Assembly (NCBI GenBank): GCA_965649765.1
Contig: OZ287749.1
Location: 92,256,001-92,320,000, forward strand
DNA from: Bispira polyomma
Lineage: Eukaryota
Reading direction: 5' to 3'
Length of the DNA stretch: 64,000 nucleotides
Shown here: positions 38,201 through 52,903 of the stretch, one piece after another
Layout: each line of letters starts with the position of its first letter
Numbering within the stretch: position 1 is the stretch's first letter
Translations under genes and position numbers: made by a program
Notes under the pieces: generated by a model
Database searches by the model: none
Seen by the model: the letters and a program-made list of their open reading frames with translations, nothing else
What the model was told of the DNA's origin: nothing

Positions 38201-41200
38201 ATGATCAGGTGACCTCCAGCTGCGGGAAAAATGGACACAGAATGTATAGATGGACATTTTTCACTGGATTTAATTAACTTTCTATATTATGTATTATATT
38301 ACGTAGCAATGGAGGGGACATTGTAAATATTTTTTACCCAGATTATTTAGTGCTCACAGATTATAAATCATGCGCACAGTTTACTTTAACACAAGCAGTA
38401 ACTCACAGTCTATTGCCCCTGTATGTGTAGGACCCAGAGATACTGTCTGAATGTTGTACTTGTATAAACACAAGCAGTAACTTACAGTCTATCGCCCCTG
38501 TATGTGTAGGACCCGGCGATACTGTCTGAACGTTGTACTTGATCAGAGGCTTCACTGTACTCAGGTTATAGCGACACTGGATGTCATAGGAAATCTGAAA
38601 GGCACAAAATAAATTGACTGTTTACTATTGAATATCTTCATCTTGAAGTAGGCGTGTTTATATCAATAACGAATACATTTAGAGGAGTTATGTGACATTT
38701 ACCCACCTGTTATTTCTTACACAAACCCTGTATTGTATTATATCACACATATTACTACAGGAATTTACCCACCTGTTTTTATCCCTTGTACAAACACTGT
38801 ATTGTATTATAACACAGATATTACTACAGGCACCTACGCACCTGTTTTTATCTCTTACACAAACCCTGTATTGTATTATATCACACATATTTCTACAGAA
38901 ATTTACCCACCTGTTTTTATCTCTTGTACAAACACTGTATAGTATTATAACACACATATTACTACAGGCACCTACTCACCTGTTTTTACCTCTTATGCAA
39001 ACCCTTATTGTATTACATCCCACATATTATGACAGGCATCTACTTACCTGTATTACATCACTCATATTATGACGGGCATCTACTTACCTGTATTACATCA
39101 CACATATCATGACAAGCATCTACTCACCTGTATTACATCACACATATTATTATGACAGGCATCTACCCACCTGTTCCTTTCTTTTATACAGTCCCTGTGC
39201 CGCACTGTTAAAGCCCAATTTGTTGTGTTCGTTACTTCCACATGCCAGTACACGGCCGTTAGTCTTCACAACAAACGTGTGGTCTGAGCCGGCATGTACA
39301 CTATGTATGGCGTGTCTCCCTCTGGTCTGAACCTGAAGTTTAAGGTCATCAAGTGAATATAAATACAGTTTGTTCAAGGTTATCAATATAGACAGAATTT
39401 GTTCATGGTCACTTAATCAATACAGACAGAATTTGTTCAAGGTTACTTGCCAATATAGGGATGGTTTGTTCAAGGTCACTCAGTCAATATAAACACAGTT
39501 TATTGAAAGTCACTTTGTCAATATTGACACTACAATTCCTGACGCTGTTTATCTTACATGTGTATGTGTGTGCAGTGTAGAAGTATTAAATATGATTTAT
39601 GCTAAATACAAATGGCAACTACCATCATAAAACTATTAATTTTAAAAGATGCATAAATATTTTTTTAGTCAGCAGGGGTTAGGACGGGTGGAGGCGGGGA
39701 CTTAAGTTAGGGGTTGGGTTAATTCCTATATTGGATTAATATCAAAATGTAGAGGTTATACACGTAACTACTGTATATATATATTTACCTTTTGTGGTAC
39801 AGCGAAGTTATCTTCAGAACCCAGGCCTAGTCTGCCATACTCCCCACAGCCCCACGTGTATACTTCACCCTCCTTAGTGAGGGCGACCACATGGGCATCT
39901 CCACAGGAAACCTAGAGTAGTATAGACATAGGAAGGTTAAAACTAGACACATCAAACACCTCAACCTCCTTAGTGAGGGTGACCACATGGGGATCTCAAC
40001 ATAAAACCTAAATAAGTATAGACATAGGAAGGTTAAACACAACAAATACCTCACCCTCCTTAGTGAGGGCGACCATATGGGCATCTCCACAGGAAACCTA
40101 GAGTAGTATAAACATAGGAAGGTTAGAGACGTCAAAAACAGGAAGCTTACACTACACACAACTCCAGAACATGGGCATCTCCACTAACCTGTGGTGTACA
40201 AGATGCTAGAGTGTTTGACATTAGATCAATCTTCACTACAGGTCTGAAGATTATACCTTTCCACAGGCATGCAAGTATGCTACCTTTGGGTACTGAAAGT
40301 GAACAGTTGGTTGACAAGTAGAAAATCCTAGACTGATCTACAGGTGTGTAATACATGTATATAATACATATACCTGGTCTACAGTTGTGTAATATATAAA
40401 TATAACCCATTTACCTGATCCACAGGCTTTGATGTAAAGAAGTCTATGAGTACAGGTGTACACACTTCGTCCCCCTCCTGGTTATCACACCCCAGACAGC
40501 CGTAGTAGTCTGAACCAAAGGAATACACGGACCCAGAGTCTGAAAAATAAGTTAATGAACATCTTAGAGACATCAAACAGGACATGTTTCTGTGGTAAAA
40601 AATAGAAGCATTATCATGCTCCATGTGCCATGGCAACAAAACCACTAAACTTGGCAACACCAAAAGCAACCGCAAAAGCAATCCCAAGCAAGCTACTCTC
40701 ATGAAAAATCGACACACTAAATTTGGGGATGATATCTTTATTATTTTTTTTCTAATGAACAAAAACCCCAAATTTGACAACAATAAAATGTCCACCCTTT
40801 TAGGATCTGCCCCTAGGGCCTGCATGTATTCTCCAAATATATCAGGCTCGACTCAGACTCAACCCTAAGACCTTCCTATCTCTGACAAGAAGGAAGGCAA
40901 GTAATATTTGACTGCATATTTGAATTCAGTACTCAAAGCTCTATTAAAATGAATGGTCACAAGTATAGGTTATTTCTATATACAGGAGTTACACGTGGGC
41001 TCCACTTAACCCTTCCTTTACTGGCAGGAAAGAACTGCTGGGAACTGAAATAGGTTCACAGATAGCTGAAGTCACTTAAACACACACTACAAAATTACTT
41101 CCAGCATTAAATAATGACCTTGTTGTATAGCTTTTTAAACAGGGAAGTCTTCTGTACTAACAATTTCCTACTGTGACCAACTGAAGGAAAATAACATAAG

Positions 41201-44200
41201 ATTTTTGTTGTCTTAACTGCTTGCCAACAGACATAGGTCCTGGGAGTAACAATTGCTGTTGATTGCTTGCCGACAACATAGGGGTTAAAAGGAGTAAGCT
41301 GGAGTTTTAGTTCTTTTGGAGAATACGGGCCCTGACAACACTCACCTGTGACACACACAGTAAAATCATCCCCACAAGACACCTGTTTAATGGACACAGA
41401 CTCCAGGGCTTCCACCTTCTTTGGGGCTTTGTAGGCGGCCGTGTCGCCATGACCTAGCTGTCCCACAATGCCTGAACCAAAGCCAACAGGACCCTGGAAT
41501 TAAAAACACAGGTCATCTGACTATTGGAGCCTGGGTAATTGGTTTTACTAAAATGTATGACAAGAATTCTGAGAAATTATAATTTTTTAAAGGAAATTTG
41601 ATGAGAGATTCTGTTTCATTGACTTTTGGAGCAAGATTTTTTCCCTATGATAAAATATAACTCCTAATTAACCCCTGCAATAAGGACACCTATATACAGA
41701 TAAACCTCTATCATCCAAACATGTGAGAGAGCAAGATGTTTATCATTTGAACATGTGAGAGAGCCAGATTTTGTTCAGATAACAAAAGGTTATAAAATAA
41801 AATAGGCATGTCTGAGAGACAGATTTAAGAATAAGAATCTGAATATCAGCTGAAGAGAGTATGTCTTGTACTCACCGCCCAAGTGTACAATTCTTTCTCC
41901 ACTGTTGCCACAGCAAAGTGTACCCCGCCCACAGCTATATCTAGGGGACTGCGGCCCCTGGAGAACAACTCCTGCTTCTGTGGGGTTAGCTTACCACCTC
42001 CCCAGAAGTAGACCTGTACAGGACAAGGGTAAATCTATGGAACTAAAGGACATGCAATAAGCACTAGACTTTTCTTGTTGCGTCCCAAAATCTGCTAGTA
42101 TGGAGATTAAGAGCAATTAACAGGATTGATTAGATTAGATTAAGATAGTAATGGGAACTATTCTAAATGTTCTATTGAAGTTCAACAATAAAATGTTAAA
42201 AGACCCATCCTTGTTAATTAAACAAGTGTTTACTATATACATGTACTATAACAAGTAAGTTTTTACCATAATTAAGTACAAATATTATAACAGCAGTGTT
42301 TTTTTTATCAAAACCTCTATAGCTTTTAAAAGTGGTGCCAAAATATTATACTTTACACACTGGCAAAATACATTCCCTAAATGAATTCTGTGGCAAAATA
42401 CCTTCAGACTCAAAATAACCCGACTGAGATATATGTCTTAACCACTGACCTCACTTGTCTGAGACGTTTGTTTAAACCACTGACCTCACTTGACTGAGAC
42501 GTTTGTTTTAACCACTGACCTCACTTGACTGAGACGTTTGTTTTAACCACTGACCTCACTTGTTTGTTTAAACCACTAACCTCACTTGACTGAGACGTTT
42601 GTTATAACCACTTACGTTACTTGTCTGAGACATTTGTTTTAATCACTGACTTTACTTGTCTAAAATGTTTGTCAAAACCACTCACCTTACTTGACTGAGA
42701 TGTTATGACAGGCATCACCTCTGCCTGTGTGGCTGTGTTTTAATTACTGACCTCACCTGTTTGTTTTAATCACTCACCTCACTTGTTTGTTTTAATCACT
42801 GATCTCACTTGTTTGTTTTCATCATTGATCTCACTTGTTTGTTTTAATCACTCACCTCACTTGTTTGTTTTAATCACTACCCTCAATGGTTTGTTTTAAC
42901 CACTCAACTCACTTGACTGGGATGTGATGACAGGCATCACTTCTGCCTGTGTGGCTGTGTTTTAATCACTGATCTCACTTGTTTGTTTGAATCACTAATC
43001 TCACTTGTTTGTTTTAATCACTCACCTCACTTGACTGGGATGTGATGACAGGCATCACCTCTACCTGTGTGGCTGCAGAGGCGGAGGCAGACATCTTTAG
43101 GTTCCTGGCTGACGTGTTGAAGTCCCAGATTCTACTGTCAAACTCACTGGGAGGAATAAACAAACACATACTAGTTATGCTGAGGTTACACCTACACATA
43201 CAATCATAGCCAGCTGGATACTGTGACAGTTGTGCGTAGCATTTGAAATTATCGAAAAAAACGGTCTTTTTTGGTTGAAATATCAAAATGACACAATATT
43301 CCCATAGGCCAAGTTAGGGATCCATTTGCCACATTCCTTGAAAACATAATGCCCAGAAGATGAAACGAAAACGACTGTGTCCAATCGTTGAACACAGGAC
43401 AGCATCATGAGCCTATAAGTCTGTATGAGACACTTCAGCTCTACTCGGACAGATCAAAGCAGTACAAAACTTGTATATTGATTCATAATAGTCCCTGTGG
43501 TGACATCGTTGAAGTGAGGTTCTTCGTTTTATAAACAATGCATCAACGTTGCACAAAAGTTCCCAATCGTTGGTTAGTAAGACTATTATAGACTATTACA
43601 GATTAGGCATCTGTTTGTGAGAAAACACCACATTTTTGGGGTTTTGTCATGAATGTTTTGAACAATTTGAAACATTTGTCGCAACTGAAGAAATGTTTCA
43701 AAAGTCGAACCAGATCCTCATGAGTTAATAGGTACATGGAAGAAACTATTCACTATGTTGTGAAATGAGTCAGAAACGTAGGTGCTAACCGGGAAGGCGT
43801 GACCTAGGCATTAAGTGAGGCAATACTAGTGATTTTGACTTATTATTTATGCCTTCTGGGATATGTTTTCAATAATCCCCCAGAACTTCACTTTAACTTC
43901 TATAAGCACTACATTGGATGTTCAGGCGATGGTCCACATCCTAATCTAATCTAATCTAACTTTTATAGTGCTTATTTCAGTTGTAGCAGATTCTAAGGTA
44001 CATGAGACAGAAAAATCATGTTCATCATGCCTTATAGCTATTTGACATACAGGGGTCATGACCTTGGAGATGGTAAAGGAGGCTAAGGTGGAAAAGCCTT
44101 GCTAAAAATGTAGATATTGAGCTTCTTTCTTATAGCATGTAAGTGAGGGGGTAGTGCGAATATTATGAGGCAGATCATTCCACAGATTAGGAGTATCATA

Positions 44201-47200
44201 CAAGAAACTTTTGTTGAAATGCCTTCTTGACTTATGAACTGATCATACCAAAGTAGGGACACTTAAGAAAGTCTTATCAGGGTTACTACATCTTGTATAG
44301 AGTGTATGTATAGGGAGACAAATAAGGACTGAAATACAGAGGGAGGCCTGAATTGAGACTAAGGTAGCAGTTTTAAATATTGGGTAACCAGAGGAGGATT
44401 TTAAAAATAATTTGATGTGAGCAAACTTCTAATCAAGGTAAAGAAGGGATATTTCCTACAACACAGCATTGGTCTTGATTAGTGGGCAATGACATGTTCA
44501 CATCTTGATCAAGGATATTATCTCCTAATGACCATTACAGCATTGTCTAAAAGTCAAACTATTGACCATCTCTAATTCATTCTTAACCAACTGCCCAGCA
44601 TGAAATTAAAACTGCGACCTTCTGATCACCAGACCAACTTTATAACCACTAGTCCATGTCAGACCCTAGTTCTATGGGTGCCATGTGGTGCATTAAAAAG
44701 CAACATACCACACTGCCAAAAAGTGAAAAATAATTTCCTCGATTCACCCTTCTACCTTTGCTGAAGGTATCAAGCAGTGCTCACTTTGGCCTATTTTATT
44801 AATTTTATGAGTCTTGTGTTTTATGTATTAATTTTTTGTTAAAAATCAAACAGCATGGAGCTTGATGACTTGGGACTCTCAATTGATTTGAATAAATTAG
44901 GTTACAGAACAAAAATAACAGGCAAGTCTGTGCAAAAACTTATATCACCTGTAAAAGGCCATCACATGTTCACAAGGGCCCCTTATTTAAAATGTAGTTA
45001 ACTGGGGCCGTATTCTCAAACATATACTCAGCTCAAACTCAACCCAAATCTATATAACTTTAGATAAAGTAAACATATATAGAATCTGACTTTATATTTA
45101 AATTCGGTGCTGAAAGCTCTATTAAAATGAATGGTCACAAGTATAAGTTATTTCCATGTACAAGGATTTCCTTATGGCATGTATTTAAGTTAACTATCAG
45201 TTTAAGCATGAGTTTATTTCGAGAATACCAGCCATGGTCTGTTAATAACCTGGGCTGGTATTCTCAAATGTATACTCTGCTTAAACTCATACTTAACTCA
45301 AATCTAGATTCTCAAAAAGTCTGGATACAGTAAATATATCTAGAATCTAACTTCATATTTGAATTCAGTGTTGAAACCCCTATTAAAATGAATGGTTACA
45401 AGTATAGGTTATTTCCATGCACAAGGATTGGACCTTTAGACCCTGACCTTTGAAGAGGAATCTATACAGACTATATACAATCATTTGACTGTATTAATAT
45501 CATGTAATCTAATTCGGTATGTTAATTTTCCTCAAGTTATTTGAATAACAAATGCAATAAACTAGTTCAATCATTAAACTGAACTGTCTTTTTAAATCAT
45601 AACTCAATGATGTGCCTAGTCTAGCATCTTTTATTTATTACATGTATAATACCACCAGTGAAGACCCTGCATTAGTTCATATGTTTCCTTTGTCTTGTTG
45701 TCTACCATGAAAATGTGCAAAAAGGTGCAAAATCTGTGTTACCTGACCAAATTGACAGAAGTAACATTATATTAAAATGGGAAAAAAATTTTAACTTGTG
45801 AAAGTACAACTGCTGTGATACCATTGCACTGTAATATAAAGGTACAGTAACCACTCTCAAAACTGGCACCTGATGAAAATTCGCCACATGATATACCCCT
45901 CAATAAATTCGATGAATTGGAACAAAATTAATCACAGACTATTGAAAACAAAACATATTTTATGTGAGATGCAAATTTGAAAAATATATAATAGAAATAA
46001 TTTCGTTTTTCAACATTTTACAGATAGTAAATATTAGATATGTAGCGACTTTTATGTCCTTTACTGTATCATTGTCTGCCATGTGGCCTAGTGGGTAAGC
46101 ACACTCACTTAGGACAGAGTAACTAGGTTTGATCCCAATCTGAGGCTCCTAGAGCCAAACACATAGTGGCTCAGATGTCATCACTCATAAAATGGTGATC
46201 CTCTGTCATTTGCCTTCTATCTCCATTGACAGGCTAAAGCACCTTGCGGACAGACGTTAATAAATTGTGTCATCCTCAAGCCTCTGTCCTCAGGGGAATG
46301 ACAGTTACTGGTGCTGACTGGCTGCACTTAGGCAGTCAAGAAAAGGTTAATTTAATTTAGTGCTTTGAATGCTACACAAAGGTAGATAAATTAAATATGA
46401 ATACCTACCACACTCAGTCTGGTGTTCTTTACACTCTATTACTAGTCCATCAAATCCCAATATATTTTTTTCTATTCAGTTTGTCTCAGTGATACTATTC
46501 TAAACAATTCTCTGATTCAAAATATGCTTTCCCAAGTCTCTTTCAAGTGATAACTGCTACAATACAATGTCCATATTTATTTAAAACAACGGAAACATCT
46601 TTTACGTTCATATCTGAACAATTATACAGCTCTATTAAAATGTTTATCTGATTCTCAAATACTGAGTCAGACACAATATATACATTTTCTCCACCCATGA
46701 CAATATACAGACAACTCATCTCTATTGTCAAATGTTATTTTGTTTTAGTGCAAAAAAAAAGAAAGAAAATAGTTACCTGCCAACAAAACATAAGCAGTAA
46801 TAAATAGAACTGCTGGATCCATTCTTATCGTTCTCTTTGTGTTATTATAAAGTAGTTTGTGTCATTGAGACATACGGACAAGTCCATTTTACTGAGAAAA
46901 CACACCTTTATAAATCAAAAGCCAACAAAACAACACTGAGAAATCTTTGCTCACGGGGTTCTACGTGTGACAAAAAGCATAGATTTCATGAATAAATAAT
47001 GAATTATTCCCAGATCAACGCAATTTTTCTCAGAAAATGACAAAATTGAGTCCCCCCGCTCTCCACCACTCAATCTTAAGGTTTTAACTTTTATTGTACT
47101 GCACGAAAGAACTAGGGTTCTATTTTTAATTTTTGCCTCAACGATGTTATAAATAGCTTTTCCACTTAAGTACAATGTACTACTTAACAAAGAAAATTCA

Positions 47201-50200
47201 TTCACAGATTTATATCTGTATAAAAAAAAATTTGTTCTATTTAGCTTGGCAGAAATGTTTTTATTTTTGTACGTTTACTTAAGAATATATGTGAACTAAC
47301 CTAATTTTTTATGTAATCAATTATATATATGTATTTGTTATATATTAGGACCAATTATGTGTCTGAAACAAAGGTTTATTATCTCTCATAGAGTGTCATT
47401 ATAAAAATAGGTTTTCACTTAAGTACTATTTAACCAAAAATCATGTATTTATATAAAGATTAATTATTTACTTCTGTTTATAAAGTTATTTTTATTTTTA
47501 GGCTATTTAGTCCTAATTAATCTCATTAGTGTATTAAATCTCTGTATATTCTTTGTTAAATATATTGTGTATCTCTTTCATATCAAACGTTAAGTTCTCT
47601 TTACCTCGAGACCTGGGGCCGTATTCTCAAACATATATACTCAAACTCATACTCAATTTAAATCTGAATTCTCTATAACTCTGAATACAGTAAACATCTC
47701 TAAAATCTGACTTCATATTTGAATCCAGTGTTAAAAGCTCTATTAAAATAAATGGTCACAAGTATAGGTTATTTTCATGTACATGTACAATGATTTCCAC
47801 ATTGCCTTATATTTGAGTTTGAGTACGAGTTTATTTCCAGAATACCAGCCGAGCTGGTCTATTCTGTTTATACCCCGACAGACAAAGACATCGGGGCCCA
47901 TACAATGGACACACCATTCAGTGTGGCATAGATCAATGATGATAAAGAACATGACGTCAGACCTGGTGTGAAAAGCCATGTCAGAGTAGGAGTCTTGTTT
48001 ACTGGTACTTGGCTCAAAGGACGGGCCATTCAGAGAAATCAGCTTAAAGTGAGTGTTTGGTGCAGGATGGCTGACGTTATTCTGGTGGACAAGGAGGGGG
48101 GGAGGGGGGAAATACCTTTGTACAGCAGATTTAACTGATGTTAGGAGGCATGTTAAAGAGGCGTGTTAAATGGAAATAATAACAGATTTATATCTTTATG
48201 AATATGATTTCACTCTCTAAATCATTGATTTATACTAAAATGCCTCTTCTATTTAATGAACATTCTATTATCTAAACAAAAATCTTGCTCTTCCAACATG
48301 TTCAGGCAATAGAGATGTAGAACATCTAATATCCAAACTTATTATACAAACATTTGATTTTATGAACACATTTTTATTCTCCCAAATTTATCTTTTCCGA
48401 TGTTTTACACTGAAATAGCTCTTCCATTTTATGATTTTTTTTATTATCTACATAGAATCTTGTTCCTACAACATGCTCAGATAATATAGGTTCTACATAT
48501 TTCTCCAGGATGATAATAGATTTGCATTGATTGTATGATGGCAATCCATTTTATCAAAAATATGACAGTTGAGAATATAAGCATTTGCAAACTTGGACAT
48601 TTCTTGTGTCATACAAATGAATAGCCTTAATCTGTAACAGATGTAACATGTGTAATTTTTATTTAAAGCCAATTATAAATGAATAAAAATGGATTTTCAA
48701 ACCTAAAAATATTTAATATATATATATATACCCTACACAGAAGTTTGAATTTTAGTAATTTCAAAATTTGTATCTGTAGGCCTCAAATTTCCATAAATTT
48801 GTCTCCATTAGAAAAATATCATTGTGGATCAAAAATTTTAAAAATCATCAAACCATTTTGCAGCATTATTTTTGTGTGCTAGTTATGTTGCAGTCATATT
48901 ATGATTTATACAAAACACAATCACAGTTATGATCATCAAGGACTTTTTGTAATTTCAGATTACACCATATTGTACAGTGTGACTAAATTTGAGCAAGACC
49001 TAAACTTCAGCATTGCACACAATTTACCAGCACATAGGTTAATTAAAGCATTGGCCCTGAGATCAATCAATTATTGACACACATGTACTTTGACGACAGC
49101 ACCACTAAAAGATCAGGGCTGGTATTCTCCAACGTATACTCCAGTCAAACTCATACTTAACTCAAATCTGGATTCTCTATAACTCTAGATACAGCAAACA
49201 TATCTAAAATCTGACTTGATATTTGAATTCAGTGTTGAAATCTCTATTAAAATGAATGGTCACAAGTATAGGTTATTTCCATGTACAATGATTTCCATAT
49301 GGCCTGTATTTGAGTTGAGTCTGAGTTTAAGCTGAGTTTACATTCGAGAATACCGACCCAGTTTATGCATTAAAAAATAAATCTTGAGCTTTGGATCCCT
49401 AGGGCCATACTTACAAATATTCTTAGTCTCAACCTATCAGAACCTTAAAAACAATATTTTCAGCCAATCACATTGACCGAGACAAAACCTATCTTTCATT
49501 TTCACCTCTTGTGAAGTTGTATACTAGCCAGAGTTTATGTTATTATAAATATTTTGAAACTGATCACTTTATCAAGACCACCTACAAATGACTTCCGTTT
49601 TACTATACTACATTTATCCAACTGCAAAACTGTACTAAAAATTGTGGAATCTCTCTGTTATTTTTTCTGATGAAACCGAATTTATTCCTTTTTGATTCAC
49701 CATAAATATTATAGATTTGCTTGTTATAAATCCTCACAACTTGGAAACTTAGCTGTAGTATATTATATTGTATATACAGAAGGGGAAATTTATTACACTG
49801 TATTAATTAATAAAACATCATCAGACACGGCAAGACCTTGTGTGTAAATGTAGGTTTATAGTCCAATATCATACTAGCCATGACACATACGGCCAGGTGC
49901 CCATTTATATACGGTGGAGATAAACAACTTTTTGAAAAGTACCTTGCCCAAGGACACAATCTCCAGGCCACTAGACCACAGTGCATGATTAAAATAATTC
50001 CAGGTGCCAAGTTTAAACTGAGATAAAGTTAAAATGATGTATAGCAGGCTGTCATGATTATTTGTCTGAAATATAAAGCACCCAGTATGTCTGAGACAGG
50101 GCCAAAATTTTACAGCCTAGGTCATAACTACCAAGGTCAAACATCAAAATCGGTCAGGTCATAATTACAACAATTACATGTCTTAATGTTAATTTCAATT

Positions 50201-52870
50201 TCATATATGACACAATATACAGTAGAACCTCTATTATCCAAATATTTTATTTTATGAACCCACTATTTAAATTTTCCTGCTGTTGTCTACTAAAATACCC
50301 TTTATTAATTTTATGGCCATTCTATTCTCTTACTTTCCTAACATGTTCAGATAATGAAAGTTCCAGTGTATAAGGCTATTAGGTTTGCAGTCTATAGTTT
50401 TGTACTCACTTGGCACAGTTATCTAACAAAGGCACCGTCAGTATCTCCTCAGCTTCAGGTCTTTTACTGGGATCCTGTATAGGAAATAACAGCAATATCA
50501 GTTTGATCAATTAATAATAATGTTAACATACACATATATGTACATGTAACTGTAATTGTCACAACAAGTTTATAATTTACTTCACACATTAAACTGTTGA
50601 GCTTTCCAAATTTACATGCAAATGTCAATTTTGTGGAATAAATTTAATTTAATTAGAGTTGGGAATTACATGCTTTCAACAGCTTAGGTCATATCAGGAT
50701 GGCAAGATTTAATTGTTTGACAGAAATCTAGTGTTAAAGCCACTGTAAACCACTGACCTATGGCAAGTACCTGACAAAGTTTCCCCACATGCAGGAACAA
50801 ATTGGATTAAATCTCACATTTGTGAGAGGCCAGTGCTTGTGAAGCAGGCACTTCTAACCACTCGGTCACTGCGGCCATATTACAATACAAAGATAAGAAT
50901 GTCTCTCTTCATATGTTTTGTACCCACCTTGTTTAGCAGAGTGTTACAGAGGCTTCTGATCTCCACAGAGTATTTAGGACTGACGTCATCAAAACTACCA
51001 TGGACTATGTCATTCGCCAGTCTCAGGGCATTCTGAAATATATCATTAAATAGAGAAAACAGTGAGACATGTACAAAGAATTAAGTGTGAAAACTTCAAC
51101 ACAACAAATACTTAAAGTCACCTGGGCCATATTTACAAACATTCTTAAAATTTCTTTTGTCTCAGCCAATCAGATTCTTCAAAACAATATTTTCAGGCAA
51201 TCAAATTAGTTGAGACAAAAATTTTAAGAATAAGAATCTTTGTGAATACCAGCCCTGGTCAAACACTACTTTAATTTGGCTTTTCCATGGCAAAGTTTTT
51301 GCACACAAATTCCACAGTTTATCTAGGTTAAGCCTATGTCTCACTTTCACAAATAAGTATGAATTGATATACATGGATAGGTAATCCTTCTTAAAACCTT
51401 GGATATCCATGGACATAATGGCAGGGTTTTTGAAATTATCAAAACTGACATGGTCAGTCACAATTTTGTAGATGGACTGACTGTTCCTTCATTGGTATTT
51501 GTGACTTTCCGTAGATCTATTAGGGCTATTTGTGTAAAGTAATTGGTGCTTAATCGTGAAGTATCTATGATTATTCTTGGTTGTTTTTGGATGTTTTTGA
51601 CACAATTCTCTCAAAATCTCATTACAATTCGTGTGAATTTGCATGAATACCCTGCCTCCCCTGGACTATACTCACCTCAACCTTGTTAGAACCACACAAA
51701 ATCGTAGGTATTCTTACAGTGTTCTTGCCATAGGTGGATCCATGAGAAGGGGGAGAGGGGGGCTATTAAGTCATTTTAGAAACTGCAGCAAACATGTGTC
51801 TAACAGCCACATTTTAACATTGGAATCATTAGAATTTGCGGGTTATCCAAACAGAACCAATATCTGCCAATGTTTAAAAACATGGTTCCTTATTACTGTT
51901 GGTTGTTCTAATGGGCGACATACACGTTGCAACACAATTACATGAAGAGGGAATTTTAAAATTACATAATGAGTAGCAAGACTTGCTTCTTAAGAACTGG
52001 GCCCAGGGCTGGTATTTACAAAGATTCTTATTCTTAAAGTTTTATCTCGATTAGTTGAAATATTGTATCAAAGAAGTTGATTGGCTAAGGCTAAGAAATT
52101 TCAAAGAATTGTATCCTAAGAATGTTCATAAATATGGACCCTGGTATACCCTTCTATAGCTATACTGACCGTAGCATCAAAGACTCTTGTGAGGGTGAGC
52201 ATCTCATACAGTACACAGCCTATAGCCCAGATGTCAGTCTTGTAGTTATACCTGGAACATAGAAAAAACACGTGCAAGATTCATCAAACAGAAAGTCCTA
52301 TGATCAAACAACAGTAAAACCTTTGTTATCTAAAATTTGTTTGTCAGAATATTTGATTTTAACACTACAATCTAAGGACTTAAGGTCACAATTGGGTCAT
52401 GTTTTTAAGGTCAAGGTCAACCTTGGTTTATTTTTGAAGGTTAAGGTCCAAATAATGTCATTTATGAAGGTCAAGGTCAAAGTTGGGGCACTCTTTAAGG
52501 TTAAGGTAAAATTTGGGTCCATTTAGAATATCAAGCTTAAAATTGGGTCATTCAAGATAAATAGTAAGATCATGAAGAACAATTTTTTTTTTTTTTTTGT
52601 TTTTAACATTTTATTTATCTTCTTTTGTGTTTACAATAATGACATGACATTTAGAAAAAAAAACAAGAAACAAAGTTACACAGGTTACATTTAAAGCTTA
52701 GGTGAGATTTCAAATTAAAAGTTATTTCGATGCTACTATATACTCTATAAAAGACATAACAATTAAAAATAAAAGATTACACTTTTTTCAGATTCAGCAT
52801 ACTTTACCAAGAGGACGTACCGTTAAAAACAAAGTCCACTTTTTTGTGCGGACTCTGCCAAATTACGTGA

Positions 52871-52903
<33 letters not shown>

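Noticed and set aside
38688-39072. Repetitive ORFs of 69-126 aa
   Set aside because: By-products of the 69-bp (multiple of 3) donor echo array.
39827-40159. 110-aa ORF with repeated [14 protein letters not shown]
   Set aside because: Off-frame reading of E13 and its echoes.
46920-47600. Possible L1/Tx1 3' remnant on plus strand
   Set aside because: Only a vague INYIY-like similarity with many stops; cannot be supported without a database search.
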